From contig JAZRHO010000036.1 of assembly GCA_045644805.1 (NCBI GenBank), forward strand, positions 2,504 through 66,503: a DNA stretch of 64,000 nucleotides. The letters are read 5' to 3'. The DNA is from Eubacteriales bacterium (GTDB lineage Bacteria; Bacillota; Clostridia; Oscillospirales; CAG-272). A program made the position numbers and the translations under genes. The notes below the pieces were generated by a model that ran no database searches, was not told where the DNA came from, and saw only the letters and a program-made list of their open reading frames with translations. Positions 18,754 through 29,284 of the stretch are shown here, piece by piece (positions within the stretch are counted from its first letter, which is position 1; the number at the start of each line of letters is the position of its first letter).

Positions 18754-19659
18754 ATGTATATTGCCGATATGCACAGTGACAGTCTTCTGACTGTAAGCAG
18801 CGAAAGAGGACTTATCAGTGACTATAATACCTCGAAAAAGCACCCCTATCTTCAATTCTTCGCGTCGTTTATTCCAAGGGAGGGAAAAACACTTGAGGAC
18901 AGAAGACGCGAGCTTCTTCATCACTTGAACATTTATATCTATGAGACGGCTAGGCTCTCCCTTGAAAACATAGACAGCGCCCGCTCTCTTTATCACGCGA
19001 CGGACAACGCTCTTTCCTCAGCGGCTTTCACCATAGAAGGCGGTGGCGGACTGCTTGCGGACTCGGAGGAGCTTTTTACACTATACAAAGCCGGTCTTCG
19101 CATAATGAGTCTTGCCTGGGATAAAAACGAGCTTGCCTCGACCGCATTTGACAAGGTCGATGAGGGACTGACGGATGAAGGAGTAAGAATGGCAAGACGC
19201 TGCGCGGAGCTCGGTATTACCATCGACGTCTCCCATCTTTCGGATAAAAGCTTCTTTGACCTTTGCAAGATTTACCCCCTACCTATTATCGCAACACATT
19301 CAAACTTCAGAGACGTATGTAAAAATCCTCGTAATCTCACTTACGATATGGCGAAAATAATAGTCTCGCGAGGAGGAGTTATCGGGCTGAATCTATATCC
19401 TGAATTTGTCAAGGAATCAAACGCCAAAATAGAGGATATTATTCCTCACGTTGACTATTGCCTTGAGCACTTCGGTGATGACTGCCTCGGCTTCGGCTTT
19501 GACATTGACGGAACAAGCGGCAGGTATCCCACGGGGATTGACGAGAGCTCTTCCATTCATGATAAGGTCGTAGAAATGCTGCTCACACGTTACCCTGAAA
19601 GCACGGTAAGAAAGATTGCAGGGGAAAACGTAATCAATTTCCTCAAAGGAGTTCTTTGA
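18754..19659 (+). CDS. Membrane dipeptidase family protein (peptidase M19)
   Basis: Start moved to ATG 18754, which has the RBS GGAGGCGG upstream. The track start at 18607 lies upstream of the predicted promoter. M19-like blocks are present: TIEGGGGL, LRIMSLAWDKNE, ITIDVSHLSDKSF, IIATHSNFR and GFGFDIDG. Confidence 0.8.
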   Translation: MYIADMHSDSLLTVSSERGLISDYNTSKKHPYLQFFASFIPREGKTLEDRRRELLHHLNIYIYETARLSLENIDSARSLYHATDNALSSAAFTIEGGGGLLADSEELFTLYKAGLRIMSLAWDKNELASTAFDKVDEGLTDEGVRMARRCAELGITIDVSHLSDKSFFDLCKIYPLPIIATHSNFRDVCKNPRNLTYDMAKIIVSRGGVIGLNLYPEFVKESNAKIEDIIPHVDYCLEHFGDDCLGFGFDIDGTSGRYPTGIDESSSIHDKVVEMLLTRYPESTVRKIAGENVINFLKGVL

Positions 19660-19709
19660 CCAAAAAGCCTTTAAATTCTAACAATTGTTTACTTTATCGC
19701 AAAAAAACA

Positions 19710-19775
19710 AACGCAAAAGCCTAAAATTACGCAGTTTTTAATTGCAAAACAAAAGGCTTTTGCGTTTTTTGTTTT
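19710..19775. terminator. Bidirectional rho-independent terminator
   Basis: 12-bp arms AACGCAAAAGCC (19710-19721) and GGCTTTTGCGTT (19755-19766). An A-run precedes and a T-run follows. Confidence 0.7.
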
Positions 19776-21907
19776 TATCTTTTTCCAACTCTTCTGTGTG
19801 GAATATTAAGCTTCTTTTCCGACTTATATGAGTGAAGCAGCCGAGCGCACTCCTCTGCCGACTCTGAAGAGAAGACGAAGTGCTCGTGAGAAATTTTTGC
19901 AGCCCGTAGCTCATCTCGCTTATCGCCCATATATGTTACCGAGGAGTTAAAAATTACATTTCGGTGCTCGTATTCGCGCATTATTGGGAATTTCATACCG
20001 CGCCTATCCGTAAAGCTGACCTTCCCGCAACGGCGGCAGCCAAAGTTCTCCTTCATAAAGCATCTTTCTGTTATCATAAGAGGTATTCTTCCGAGAGTTA
20101 TAACTCCGCCGCCGATATCTCTTGCCATCGGCAGAGTCAGCTCGGGGGAAAGAATTATATCACGAACTCCAAGTGCGCGCCATACCGCAAAGCTATGCGA
20201 ATTTGTCACGTTCAGTCTGAAATCTCCAATCGGCACACCTCCGCACTCGCGGACAAGCGCTATATGCGATATATTAGCAACCAAAACCTGCGATACTCCG
20301 CACTCTACAGCCCGAACGAGCGATTCCCTGACAGTCTGCCATTCGTGCTCCATAATCACGGGCGGAATATAAACACCTAACGGAAGCGATAAAATTTCTT
20401 TTTGCAGTTCAAAATATTTATGTAGCGGAACAAAAACCGTATTCAGCAAAGAAAGCTCCCCGGGTGCTATTTTTACGAGCTCCGAGAGGGTATCCGTGTC
20501 AAAAAAGAGCGCGGTTTTTATATTCTTTTTATCACCTGAATCACGGGATTCTTCTTCAACAATCAAACCAGCGCATTCTTCTGACGAAAGAATGTCGCAC
20601 AGCTCATCAAGACTCTTGCCGTACTCAGCCTCAAGGCGCGCCGCGGCATCCCGGCGAAGTGCGTTTATCGCTGAGGGCGGAAGATTTATACCCTCTTCAA
20701 GCTCTATTTTTATATCCGATAAAGCAAGCTCGAACGGAGTGCTTCCCATCTTTGAAAGCCTTGCTTTAACACCTTCCTCGGTCAGCGGTGAATTCTCGGC
20801 ACGGGTGGGCACTTCTCCCTTTACGCTGACCTTGATTTTGCTGCATACCGAATTTTCCTTTGACGATGGCGCGTTATCCCATCTCGAGAATAGGTCAGCT
20901 TCTATGGCAAGCTCTGACGGTTCACCGAGAACAAATCTCGCCTCGGCACTTACTCTTACCTTCGGCAAAGAGAATCTCTCGTGCTCAATGTCCTTTGTCT
21001 TTGCTTTTGCGTCCTCGGTACGCGTACCCGTCATTTTAGAAAAGAGCTCGCCCTTGAAATAACCGTCTGTAAAGCCGTCGCGTGAAAATATATCCGCAAG
21101 CCTTTTATTTTCTGCAAAGCTGGCACATCTGTGTCCGTCAAGCAAGGCTCTGTATATCCTTGTAACCTCATATACATAAAACGGTGATTTCATTCTCCCC
21201 TCGATTTTAAGTGAGGAAACGCCCGAGTCTATAAGCTCGTTTATATGATTTGACAGTGACAGGTCGCGAAGCGACAGCGGATATTTATCCGAATTGTAAG
21301 GAAGTCTGCATGGCTGGGCACATTCTCCGCGGTTTCCGCTTCTTCCTCCCACCATCGAAGAGAAGAGACATTGCCCCGAATGGCATACACAGAGCGCTCC
21401 GTGAACAAACACCTCGCACTCGGCTTCCGATTTTTCGGTAATATCTCTTATGTTTTGAAAGGAGCACTCTCTCGCGAGAACGACTCGGCTGCAGCCGAGC
21501 CTCTTCGCGAAATTAACGCCCTCGATATTATGAGCTCCCATCTGCGTCGAAGCGTGAAGCTCAAGCCCCGGCACTTCCCGCTTTATCATGTCGGCAACGC
21601 CTATATCGGCTACTATAAGAGCGTCAACCCCCATACCGTGAAGAGTTTTTGCATATTTTATCGCCTCATCAAGCTCTTTATCAAAGATAAGAGTATTAAG
21701 CGTGACGTAGATACGCACGCCGAACATATGGCAAACCCTCACCGCGCGTGACAGCTCTTCCTCGTCGAAGTTCTTCGCAAACGCGCGTGCGCCAAAGCGA
21801 AGTCCGCCGAGATATACCGCGTCAGCTCCGCCGAGTACTGCAGCTATGAGCGCATCAAAACTTCCGGCTGGAGCAAGCAGCTCGGGAAGCATCCTCCCTC
21901 TTTTCAT
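19775..21907 (-). CDS. U32-family peptidase-like protein (long form with C-terminal extension)
   Basis: 710-aa ORF starting LPELLAPAGSFDALIAAVLGGADAVYLGG, with the U32-like Cys-rich core EVFVHGALCVCHSGQCLFSS. Confidence 0.85.
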   Translation of the reverse strand: MKRGRMLPELLAPAGSFDALIAAVLGGADAVYLGGLRFGARAFAKNFDEEELSRAVRVCHMFGVRIYVTLNTLIFDKELDEAIKYAKTLHGMGVDALIVADIGVADMIKREVPGLELHASTQMGAHNIEGVNFAKRLGCSRVVLARECSFQNIRDITEKSEAECEVFVHGALCVCHSGQCLFSSMVGGRSGNRGECAQPCRLPYNSDKYPLSLRDLSLSNHINELIDSGVSSLKIEGRMKSPFYVYEVTRIYRALLDGHRCASFAENKRLADIFSRDGFTDGYFKGELFSKMTGTRTEDAKAKTKDIEHERFSLPKVRVSAEARFVLGEPSELAIEADLFSRWDNAPSSKENSVCSKIKVSVKGEVPTRAENSPLTEEGVKARLSKMGSTPFELALSDIKIELEEGINLPPSAINALRRDAAARLEAEYGKSLDELCDILSSEECAGLIVEEESRDSGDKKNIKTALFFDTDTLSELVKIAPGELSLLNTVFVPLHKYFELQKEILSLPLGVYIPPVIMEHEWQTVRESLVRAVECGVSQVLVANISHIALVRECGGVPIGDFRLNVTNSHSFAVWRALGVRDIILSPELTLPMARDIGGGVITLGRIPLMITERCFMKENFGCRRCGKVSFTDRRGMKFPIMREYEHRNVIFNSSVTYMGDKRDELRAAKISHEHFVFSSESAEECARLLHSYKSEKKLNIPHRRVGKR

Positions 21908-21991
21908 AGGCGTTTATCCTTTCATACAGATTTTTGCGATAACTCGCAAAAGAGGGGTGCAACGAATGTAAGCCGCCGCATCCCCCGTTTT

Positions 21992-22345
21992 TTATTTATT
22001 ACTCGTCGCAACCACATCAGCGCCCGTATCAAGAATATTCTTAACAAGAACGTCGCCTATTTTGACGTCCGCGGGAGCTATGGTCTTATTGATAATCTCC
22101 ATAACCGAGAAGACAAGAGCCTTCGGAACGGTAGTAGTGGTTTTGCAGCTTACAACGCATCCGTCAGAGCATCTTACGGTGCTCGTTACAACTCTTTGCG
22201 GATTAGTGCACTCATCGGTAGCGTACTTCTTTCCTCTGGGGCAAAGATTGCCTGTAACGCTCACCGGTGTGCCGTTATCATCAAGCTCTGCTACGAGGGA
22301 GCAGCCTCTGGGGCAGACTATACAAGTAAGTTCTCTTTTCTTCAT
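21992..22345 (-). CDS. DUF1667 domain protein
   Basis: 117-aa ORF with CIVCPRGCSL and the characteristic small Cys-containing fold. It is the last gene of the GlpA-like trio. Confidence 0.8.
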   Translation of the reverse strand: MKKRELTCIVCPRGCSLVAELDDNGTPVSVTGNLCPRGKKYATDECTNPQRVVTSTVRCSDGCVVSCKTTTTVPKALVFSVMEIINKTIAPADVKIGDVLVKNILDTGADVVATSNK

Positions 22346-22359
22346 TTTAAAACCCTCCC

Positions 22360-23628
22360 TTATACCAGCTTGAACTCAACAGGCATGCCAATCTCGTTTG
22401 CCTCGGCAATGATTTTTTCGGTAAGCTCTACCGTTTCCATCTCACCTGGAGCAAGCTTCTGCTTTTTCTTTTCGTAAAGCACCTTATCACCTGCTGTTAC
22501 AACTATTTTCTTATCACGGTAAACGTCAGCAACACGGAAATAAACTCTCGTATCACAAAGCTCGGTTAGCTTCTGCGGAACAGTATAGCGAATCTTTCCG
22601 TCTGTATGAATCGAGAGATTTATGTTTTTCTTCGCCTCGCCTCTGATATATCTTACCGCAGCATGACCTGCTATTGCTGCCTCCTCGGAAACGTAGTCAA
22701 CAAGGTCGTGAACGTGAAGAACGTTTCCGCATGCGAACACGCCTTCAAGCTCGGTCTCTCTGTCACCGTCGACAACAGCGCCGTTGGTTATTCTGTCAAG
22801 CGCGATTCCCGCGTCCTTCGTAAGCTCGTTTTCGGGAATAAGTCCGCAGGAGAGAAGAAGAGTATCGCAAGGAATGTACTCAAAGGTTTCCGGTATAGGG
22901 CGGCGGTTTTCGTCTACCTTTCCGATGGTAACGCCCCGGAGTCTATCCTTACCGTGAATCTCAACTACTGTATGACTGAGCATAAGCGGAATACCGAAGT
23001 CGTTAAGGCACTGCTCGATATTTCTCGCAAGACCGCCCGAATAAGGCATAAGCTCGCAAACAGCCTTTACCTTTGCGCCTTCAAGCGTCATTCTTCTCGC
23101 CATGATAAGACCGATATCTCCCGAGCCGAGGATAACAACCTCCTTGCCGGGCATATAACCCTTCATATTTACAAACTTCTGAGCCGTACCAGCGGTATAA
23201 ATTCCGGCAGGGCGCGAGCCCGCAATGTTAAGAGCTCCCTTCGGACGCTCTCTGCATCCCATCGCAAGAACAACAGCTCCTGCATGAATTTTGAAAATTC
23301 CCTTTTCGCTGTTCTGCGCTGTAACTACTCTGTCAGCCGAGATAGAGGTTACCATCGTATCCGTCATAAAGGGGATACCGTAATCCTTTACCATCTTCTC
23401 GTATCTGTACGCATACTCGGGGCCCGCAAGCTCCTCACCGAAGCGGTGCAAACCGAAGCCGTTATGTATGCACTGGCGGAGAATACCGCCAAGGTTATCG
23501 TCACGCTCAAGGATAAGTATATCGCGAAGTCCGTCCTCATATGCCGCAACAGCAGCCGCCATGCCCGCAGGACCGCCGCCGACAATGACAAGCTCGCACT
23601 TGAATTCAGTCAAAGCCTTAACTGCCAT
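22360..23628 (-). CDS. NAD(P)/FAD-dependent (pyridine nucleotide-disulfide type) oxidoreductase
   Basis: 422-aa ORF with the dinucleotide folds LVIVGGGPAGMAAA and VVILGSGDIGLIMA. Confidence 0.8.
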   Translation of the reverse strand: MAVKALTEFKCELVIVGGGPAGMAAAVAAYEDGLRDILILERDDNLGGILRQCIHNGFGLHRFGEELAGPEYAYRYEKMVKDYGIPFMTDTMVTSISADRVVTAQNSEKGIFKIHAGAVVLAMGCRERPKGALNIAGSRPAGIYTAGTAQKFVNMKGYMPGKEVVILGSGDIGLIMARRMTLEGAKVKAVCELMPYSGGLARNIEQCLNDFGIPLMLSHTVVEIHGKDRLRGVTIGKVDENRRPIPETFEYIPCDTLLLSCGLIPENELTKDAGIALDRITNGAVVDGDRETELEGVFACGNVLHVHDLVDYVSEEAAIAGHAAVRYIRGEAKKNINLSIHTDGKIRYTVPQKLTELCDTRVYFRVADVYRDKKIVVTAGDKVLYEKKKQKLAPGEMETVELTEKIIAEANEIGMPVEFKLV

Positions 23629-23631
23629 CTC

Positions 23632-25059
23632 TTATACCTCCTTAGTCTTTCCGATATTAATATAGGATTCACCGCCGCACTTGGTTATGGCAGTGTAGTC
23701 AACGCCCATCTCGCGCGCAAGTATTTCTACCACGTAAGGAGAACAGAAGCCACCCTGGCAGCGTCCCATTCCCGAACGGGTTCTTCGCTTGACACCGTCA
23801 ACGTCGGTGGGCTTGGGATTTGTATGAATAGCTTCGAGTATTTCGCCCTCGCTTACCATCTCGCAGCGGCAGATGATGTGCGCATATGCGGGATTTTCTG
23901 CGATTATCGCGTTCTTTTCTTCGTCGGAGCACTCCTTGAAGTAGTGCATCGCGCGGCGGCTCGCCTTGAAGTCAGCCTTAGGCGAAAGCTTTACGCCCTT
24001 CTTTTCAATAAGCTCTCTTACGTACTCAGCGATAGCGGGAGCAGAAGAAAGTCCAGGGCTCTCTATACCTGCACAGTTGATGAAGCCGTCTTTTTCATTT
24101 ATAATGAAATCACCCGTTGAGCCTACGCTTCTCAGTCCCGTAAACGAAGTGATTATCTTGCCAAAGTTGATACCGCTTACCTGCTCGCCTGCCTGAAGTC
24201 TTACCTTGCCAAGACCTGCGGCAGTCGTGGATTTATCTTCTTTATCCTCAATGTTTTCTGCTGTCGGCCCAAGAAGAAGGTTTCCGTCAACCGTAGGAGA
24301 AACGAGAATACCCTTACCCATTTTTGAAGGGCAGCGGAATACCGTGTGCGAAATAAGAGATCCGCACTCCTTATCAAGGAGCATATATTCTCCGCGTCTC
24401 GGAATAACGGTAAAGCTGTCGTCACCCGCCATCTTTGCGACCTCGTCGGAATAGACGCCTGCGCAGTTGATAACGTACTTTGCCTCAACCGTCTCGTTTT
24501 CAGAGGATATTTTATATGTATCACCGCATTTTTCTATGCTCTTTACTTCAAAGTTAAGCTTAAGCTCTGCGCCATTGTCCATAGCGTTGCCGACTGACGC
24601 CATGCAAAGCTCGTAAGGGCAGATTATAGCGCCCGTAGGTGCGTGGAGAGCACATGTAACACCCTCTCCGACGTTAGGCTCTATTTTAAGGATTTCGTCT
24701 CTTCCGAGAACGCGAAGCCCCTCAACACCGTTCTTCTCTCCGCGAACGCGAAGCTCCTCAAGAGTCGCACGGTCCTCATCGGAAAATCCGACAACGAGAG
24801 AGCCGTTTTTCTTATACTTTACGCCAAGCTCCTTTGCGTATGCCTCCATCATTTTAGAGCCTCTTACGTTAAGAAGAGCTTTAAGCGTGCCTTCCTTTGC
24901 GTCAAAGCCTGCGTGAACTATTGCGCTGTTTGCACGGGTAGCGCCCATTGCAACGTCTGCGCACTTCTCAAGGATACAAACGTCAAGATCGTATCTTGAA
25001 AGCTCTCGCGCTACAGCACCGCCGATAACACCGGCGCCGATGACAACAACATCTTTCAT
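23632..25059 (-). CDS. FAD-dependent glycerol-3-phosphate dehydrogenase-like oxidoreductase with a BFD-like [2Fe-2S] domain
   Basis: 475-aa ORF with VVVIGAGVIGGAVARELS. The C-terminal CRCEMVSEGEI..GRCQGGFC is a BFD-type Cys pattern. Confidence 0.8.
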   Translation of the reverse strand: MKDVVVIGAGVIGGAVARELSRYDLDVCILEKCADVAMGATRANSAIVHAGFDAKEGTLKALLNVRGSKMMEAYAKELGVKYKKNGSLVVGFSDEDRATLEELRVRGEKNGVEGLRVLGRDEILKIEPNVGEGVTCALHAPTGAIICPYELCMASVGNAMDNGAELKLNFEVKSIEKCGDTYKISSENETVEAKYVINCAGVYSDEVAKMAGDDSFTVIPRRGEYMLLDKECGSLISHTVFRCPSKMGKGILVSPTVDGNLLLGPTAENIEDKEDKSTTAAGLGKVRLQAGEQVSGINFGKIITSFTGLRSVGSTGDFIINEKDGFINCAGIESPGLSSAPAIAEYVRELIEKKGVKLSPKADFKASRRAMHYFKECSDEEKNAIIAENPAYAHIICRCEMVSEGEILEAIHTNPKPTDVDGVKRRTRSGMGRCQGGFCSPYVVEILAREMGVDYTAITKCGGESYINIGKTKEV

Positions 25060-25175
25060 CTTAATTCCCCCGATTAATATATTTTAAAATTGCCCTTATA
25101 TTATCGCATATTTTTTTTAGATAGTCAACCCCTTTCTGTGTTTTGTTACATAATTTGTAAATTTTACATATACCT

Positions 25176-25218
25176 TAAAAAGTGCCGAGGGACAACCGAA
25201 AAAATCAGCTGTCCCTCG
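25176..25218 (-). terminator. Terminator after the GDPD gene
   Basis: CGAGGGACA (25186-25194) pairs with TGTCCCTCG (25210-25218). On the minus strand the stem is followed by GCACTTTTT. Confidence 0.5.
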
Positions 25219-25290
25219 AAAAATATTATAATTAAAATCGGCAACGCTCATATCGCGAAAAGCAAAATAGCGATAAAAGCAAACATCCGT

Positions 25291-26016
25291 TTACTTTTTC
25301 AGCACCTCAAGCAAAGGAACGGGATCGTTTGCAGTGATAAGGTCAGCACCTTTTTCTATGCAAAAACGCACGTCATCTTCAGTATCTGCACAGTACATAT
25401 GCATAGGCAAGCCCTTTGCCGCATATATGGGAAGTATTTCCGATTTTACTATATTCATACCGAGACCTATCTCGTCATACCACTCGTAACCGCAGAATTC
25501 CTTCATCTGGAAATCGGGATACCCCATCGTTCTTGCACCGTATTTCTCCTTGAGATAACGGATAATTCTGCCGTTGAAGGCATAGAACCAGCAATTTTCA
25601 AAGAAGCCGTATTCCTTAAGAGCCGCGACGGCTATATCAACCGTCTCTTCGGTGTACTCCTTTATCTCAACTCCAAGCTTCATGTTCGGATTTTTTTCCT
25701 TAATGAGGTCAAGGAGCTCATAGAAGGTAGGAACCTTAACTTTGCCGACAAATTCATCGCCAAACTTGCCACGGTAAGCGGGGTCAAGTTCTTTTATCTC
25801 ATCAAGCGTCATGTCACGAAGGTGCTTATCAACCCCTGCGGTACGCTTTGCGTTACCGTCGTGCATGAGCACCGGAACCTTATCCTTAGAGAGCCAGATA
25901 TCGAACTCAAAGCAGTCTACTCCAAGCTCTATTGCCTTTTCATACGAGATGAGCGTATTTTCAGGGTACTTCGCGCAATATCCGCGATGTCCCTCAACGT
26001 ATATTTTTCTTTCCAT
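25291..26016 (-). CDS. Glycerophosphodiester phosphodiesterase
   Basis: 241-aa ORF with the HRGYCAKYPENTLISYEKAIELGVDCFEFDIWLSKD GDPD signature. Confidence 0.9.
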   Translation of the reverse strand: MERKIYVEGHRGYCAKYPENTLISYEKAIELGVDCFEFDIWLSKDKVPVLMHDGNAKRTAGVDKHLRDMTLDEIKELDPAYRGKFGDEFVGKVKVPTFYELLDLIKEKNPNMKLGVEIKEYTEETVDIAVAALKEYGFFENCWFYAFNGRIIRYLKEKYGARTMGYPDFQMKEFCGYEWYDEIGLGMNIVKSEILPIYAAKGLPMHMYCADTEDDVRFCIEKGADLITANDPVPLLEVLKK

Positions 26017-26054
26017 GAAGTCTTTCTCCTATTCAACTGTAAAGCTTTAATCTA

Positions 26055-27362
26055 TCAATATTTTGTCAATGCCGCGCCGGTCATATCAAGCGTAATATCC
26101 ATAGGCTCTCCTGCGCGAACGATGTGCATCACTACCGAGCTCGACTGCCTTGCGGTGAGCATAACGTCTATCAGATTGAAGGTCCTTATTATCTCGTAAT
26201 CAACACCGTCCACCGTAATAGAGCGTACAATATCTCCTGCCGCGAGCTTACCCTCCGATAAGCCGCCCGGTGTAACCGAATTAATCTTAACGTCTTCTTT
26301 TTTGTGGACCTTACCTGTTTCGTCATCATATTCGGTATAAGCCTTAGCTACACCGACCTCGACGCCTATAAGAGCTCTGTATACACAGTCATTTGCCGGG
26401 TCGAGACTATCGTAATAAATAATATTATCGGCAACATACTTTGCAACGTTTGAAGGAATAGCATAGCCTATATTATCTATCGTGCTATCAGACATTTTCG
26501 CATTTACAATTCCGATTATTTTACCGCTGTCATTAAAAAGTCCGCCGCCGGAGTTTCCACCGTTAACCGCAGCGTCTATTCTAAGAACTCTGAGGCTCAC
26601 AGTTCCCGTACCGTCGATTCCCGTCATCGTAATATACTCGCTGTCCACGTTCACCGAGCCTACGGTTGCGGATATTCCTCCCGCTTCGGGGTTTCCTATC
26701 GCTATTGCGGTATCAAGAACGGATATATCGTTAGAGTCCGAAAATTCCGCCGGGACGGCATTGCTTTCGCGAAGAACGTTGCTACCGCTCACCCGAAGGA
26801 CCGCAATATCATAATTCATAGAACCGCCGACGTATTTTGCGGGGATTGCGTAATCCTCATATTCCTGACCGTAAAGATAAAGTTTTATGTCGTCGCTTAT
26901 ATCATTTTCGGTATCAGCGCCTGCATAATATATGACGTGATAATTGGTTATGATGTACGCGTCGCCCTTCTCCTTATCCAAGGAATATATAACTCCCGAG
27001 CCGGCAGTGGTCTTTTCCGTCGTATGGGTTTGCGACGAGCCGAATATTGACGGTGTATATGTTACCGTAACGTTGAAATTACAGGTGATGCTTACAACAG
27101 AAAGCAACGCCTTGCTCGCTGCGAGCAGATTACCGTTTCCATTTGATTCAATATTGACCTCGTAAGTATCTCCGCCGTTTACCGTAACGTTCTGCGATAT
27201 GCCCCCGATAAGCTCTTCAACCTCCTCGCGGGTCATATAATCTTCATTGCTTCCGCCGTCTCCGAATCCGGAGCCAAAGTTTATAACCGAGCAAGAAGAC
27301 ATCGTAAGCATAAGCATAGTCATAACAAGAGCTAACGCTATTGCAGATGTAATTTTTTTCAT
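26055..27362 (-). CDS. Trypsin-like serine protease lipoprotein (S1C, HtrA-like) with a C-terminal PDZ-like region
   Basis: 435-aa ORF with lipobox LTMSSC and the catalytic blocks ITNYHVIY, YDIAVLRV and NGGNSGGGLF. Confidence 0.85.
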   Translation of the reverse strand: MKKITSAIALALVMTMLMLTMSSCSVINFGSGFGDGGSNEDYMTREEVEELIGGISQNVTVNGGDTYEVNIESNGNGNLLAASKALLSVVSITCNFNVTVTYTPSIFGSSQTHTTEKTTAGSGVIYSLDKEKGDAYIITNYHVIYYAGADTENDISDDIKLYLYGQEYEDYAIPAKYVGGSMNYDIAVLRVSGSNVLRESNAVPAEFSDSNDISVLDTAIAIGNPEAGGISATVGSVNVDSEYITMTGIDGTGTVSLRVLRIDAAVNGGNSGGGLFNDSGKIIGIVNAKMSDSTIDNIGYAIPSNVAKYVADNIIYYDSLDPANDCVYRALIGVEVGVAKAYTEYDDETGKVHKKEDVKINSVTPGGLSEGKLAAGDIVRSITVDGVDYEIIRTFNLIDVMLTARQSSSVVMHIVRAGEPMDITLDMTGAALTKY

Positions 27363-27475
27363 AAAGCCTCCATTTAACTTTTACAAAAGGATTTTCACAC
27401 TCATATTTTAGCATCATATTGTGAAAAACCTGTTAATAAAGCCTAAATATCCTAAAAATTTTATGTAAAGACGCT

Positions 27476-29269
27476 TTACTTTTTCAGCTCTCTCTCTTTC
27501 ACCGAGGGAGCTGCGAATATCTTTGCTATTTTTTCGGGATCGAACTTAAACGCGCGCTCATACGTGAGAATACCGTTCTTTTCTTGTTCAACGTCGTAAA
27601 GCTGAGTGTAACAGAAGCCGCAAACGTCGGGATTCTCACGGAGAACGGATGTAAGACCTTCAAGTCTTTCAAGGAATTCCTCCTTGCTCTTAACCGAAGC
27701 GCCGTAGCCCCAGCCTTCGCCTTCCTCAACCCAGCCGATTCCGCCGTATTCACTGACGAACAGAGCCTTTGACGGATCGTATATCTGACGTGCCTTATAA
27801 TGGGGATTTCTGTATAGCTGGTCTTTTATTATACCTTTGTCCGTATCCTCAAATATTTTTGCAAAATCTTCGGGATTCTGCTGATAATCATGAATATCGT
27901 AAGCCGCACCAATGATATGGCCCGAAAGGTCAAAGGAAGGAACGAAGCCGCTGTTGATAATGACAGGTCTTGTCGGATCCTTCGCCTTTGTTACATTATA
28001 AATAAGGCATGCCATCTCATCGCTGAGTCTTCCACCCGTGCTCTTGATGTCCCACGTCTCGTTGAGCGGACACCATCCGATAAGCGCCGGGTGCGCCTTG
28101 TCTCGCTCCATTTCCTCAAGCCATTCCGGAATGAAATTAAAGACGTTCTCGGACTTCGAGTGATCCCAGCCCCAATTTCCCGTTTCGTCCCACAGCATAT
28201 ATCCGAGCTTGTCAGCGTGATAAAGGAATCTCGGCTCAAACACCTTTTGATGGAGTCTTGCGCCGTTGAATCCTAAGGACATAGAGTCGGTTATATCCTT
28301 GCGAAGCGCTTCATCAGTGGGAGCCGTGTATATACCGTCGGGATAAAATCCCTGGTCAAGAACAAATCTTCCGAATATATATTCTCCGTTTATAAAGAAG
28401 CCGTTTTTATTGAGAGCAACCGTGCGAAGACCAAAATAACCTTCAGCGACGTCACAGGAAGAGTCGGTGTCCGAAATTTCAAACCTGACGTCGTAAAGTC
28501 TGCCCTTGCCGACCTCCCAAAGATGCCTTTCGGAAAGTGCGATATCAAGATGGGCGCACTCTTCGGTTATAGTGCAAGAGCCCTCGCCTACCGCTCTGCC
28601 TTCATAGGTAACAAAGGCAGAAAGTTTCTTTCCAAACGCTCTCTCGCTGACCGTAACATCAAAGGAAACAGATGGCGAATCAATATCAACTTGCACACCA
28701 TAGTTTACAATATGAGCCTTATCAACAGCTTCAAGCCATACAGTTTGCCATATTCCTGTGGTTCTTGTGTACTTACAACCCTTAGAGGCAAACTCAACCG
28801 ACTGCTTACCTGCTATCTGCTTTCCCGAACGAATATCGTCAATAGCCTCTACCGCAATAACGTTCTCTCCGTCGCGCAGCGCAGACGTAATATTTGCAGA
28901 TATGGGAGTGTAGCCGCCTTTGTGCCCTGCCACCTTTTTGCCGTTGACAAAGACCTTTGTTTCCCAATCGCAAGCGCCGATATGCAATATTACTTCTTTA
29001 CCCTTGAAGCTATCCGGAAGTACAAGCGCACGCTTATACCATACGCAGTTCATAAAATCTACATTACCAATACCTGAAAGCTTGCTTTCGGGGCAGAAAG
29101 GAAGAATTATTTTGTCATCAAATTTATATGCGCCCTTATAGTCAAGATATTCGCCGGAGAGTGAATTGTCTATTTTGAAATCCCACTCGCCATTAAGGCA
29201 AATCCACTCTTTTCGCACAAGATTCGGACGCGGATATTCAGACCTTGGAATATTAACGCTTGCGTTCAT
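27476..29269 (-). CDS. Glycoside hydrolase family 2 protein
   Basis: 597-aa ORF with a GH2-like N-terminal sugar-binding region (EYPRPNLVRKEWICLNGEWDF) and a TIM-barrel region (GFNGARLHQKV, NETW). Confidence 0.75.
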   Translation of the reverse strand: MNASVNIPRSEYPRPNLVRKEWICLNGEWDFKIDNSLSGEYLDYKGAYKFDDKIILPFCPESKLSGIGNVDFMNCVWYKRALVLPDSFKGKEVILHIGACDWETKVFVNGKKVAGHKGGYTPISANITSALRDGENVIAVEAIDDIRSGKQIAGKQSVEFASKGCKYTRTTGIWQTVWLEAVDKAHIVNYGVQVDIDSPSVSFDVTVSERAFGKKLSAFVTYEGRAVGEGSCTITEECAHLDIALSERHLWEVGKGRLYDVRFEISDTDSSCDVAEGYFGLRTVALNKNGFFINGEYIFGRFVLDQGFYPDGIYTAPTDEALRKDITDSMSLGFNGARLHQKVFEPRFLYHADKLGYMLWDETGNWGWDHSKSENVFNFIPEWLEEMERDKAHPALIGWCPLNETWDIKSTGGRLSDEMACLIYNVTKAKDPTRPVIINSGFVPSFDLSGHIIGAAYDIHDYQQNPEDFAKIFEDTDKGIIKDQLYRNPHYKARQIYDPSKALFVSEYGGIGWVEEGEGWGYGASVKSKEEFLERLEGLTSVLRENPDVCGFCYTQLYDVEQEKNGILTYERAFKFDPEKIAKIFAAPSVKERELKK

Positions 29270-29284
29270 AATTTTTCTCCGTTT

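Noticed and set aside
22606-24120. A 504-aa plus-strand ORF, the longest unexplained ORF in the track.
   Set aside because: It lies antisense to two well-supported minus-strand genes (the FAD oxidoreductases) and crosses their boundary. It is Arg/Ser/Leu-rich with no recognisable motif, RBS or promoter. This is a typical shadow ORF of codon-biased genes.
26482-26814. Plus-strand 110-aa ORF resembling the 109-aa ORF at 40769-41098. The conservation could suggest a real antisense gene.
   Set aside because: The similarity follows from the two S1C protease paralogues on the opposite strand. Both antisense ORFs simply mirror the conserved GNSGG-to-His region.
27389-27424. The inverted repeat TTTTCACA-N20-TGTGAAAA upstream of the S1C protease gene, considered as a Rex- or CRP/FNR-like site.
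   Set aside because: The spacing and half-sites do not fit the Rex (TTGTGAA-N6-TTCACAA) or CRP/FNR consensus. It may be a regulator site, but I cannot assign it.
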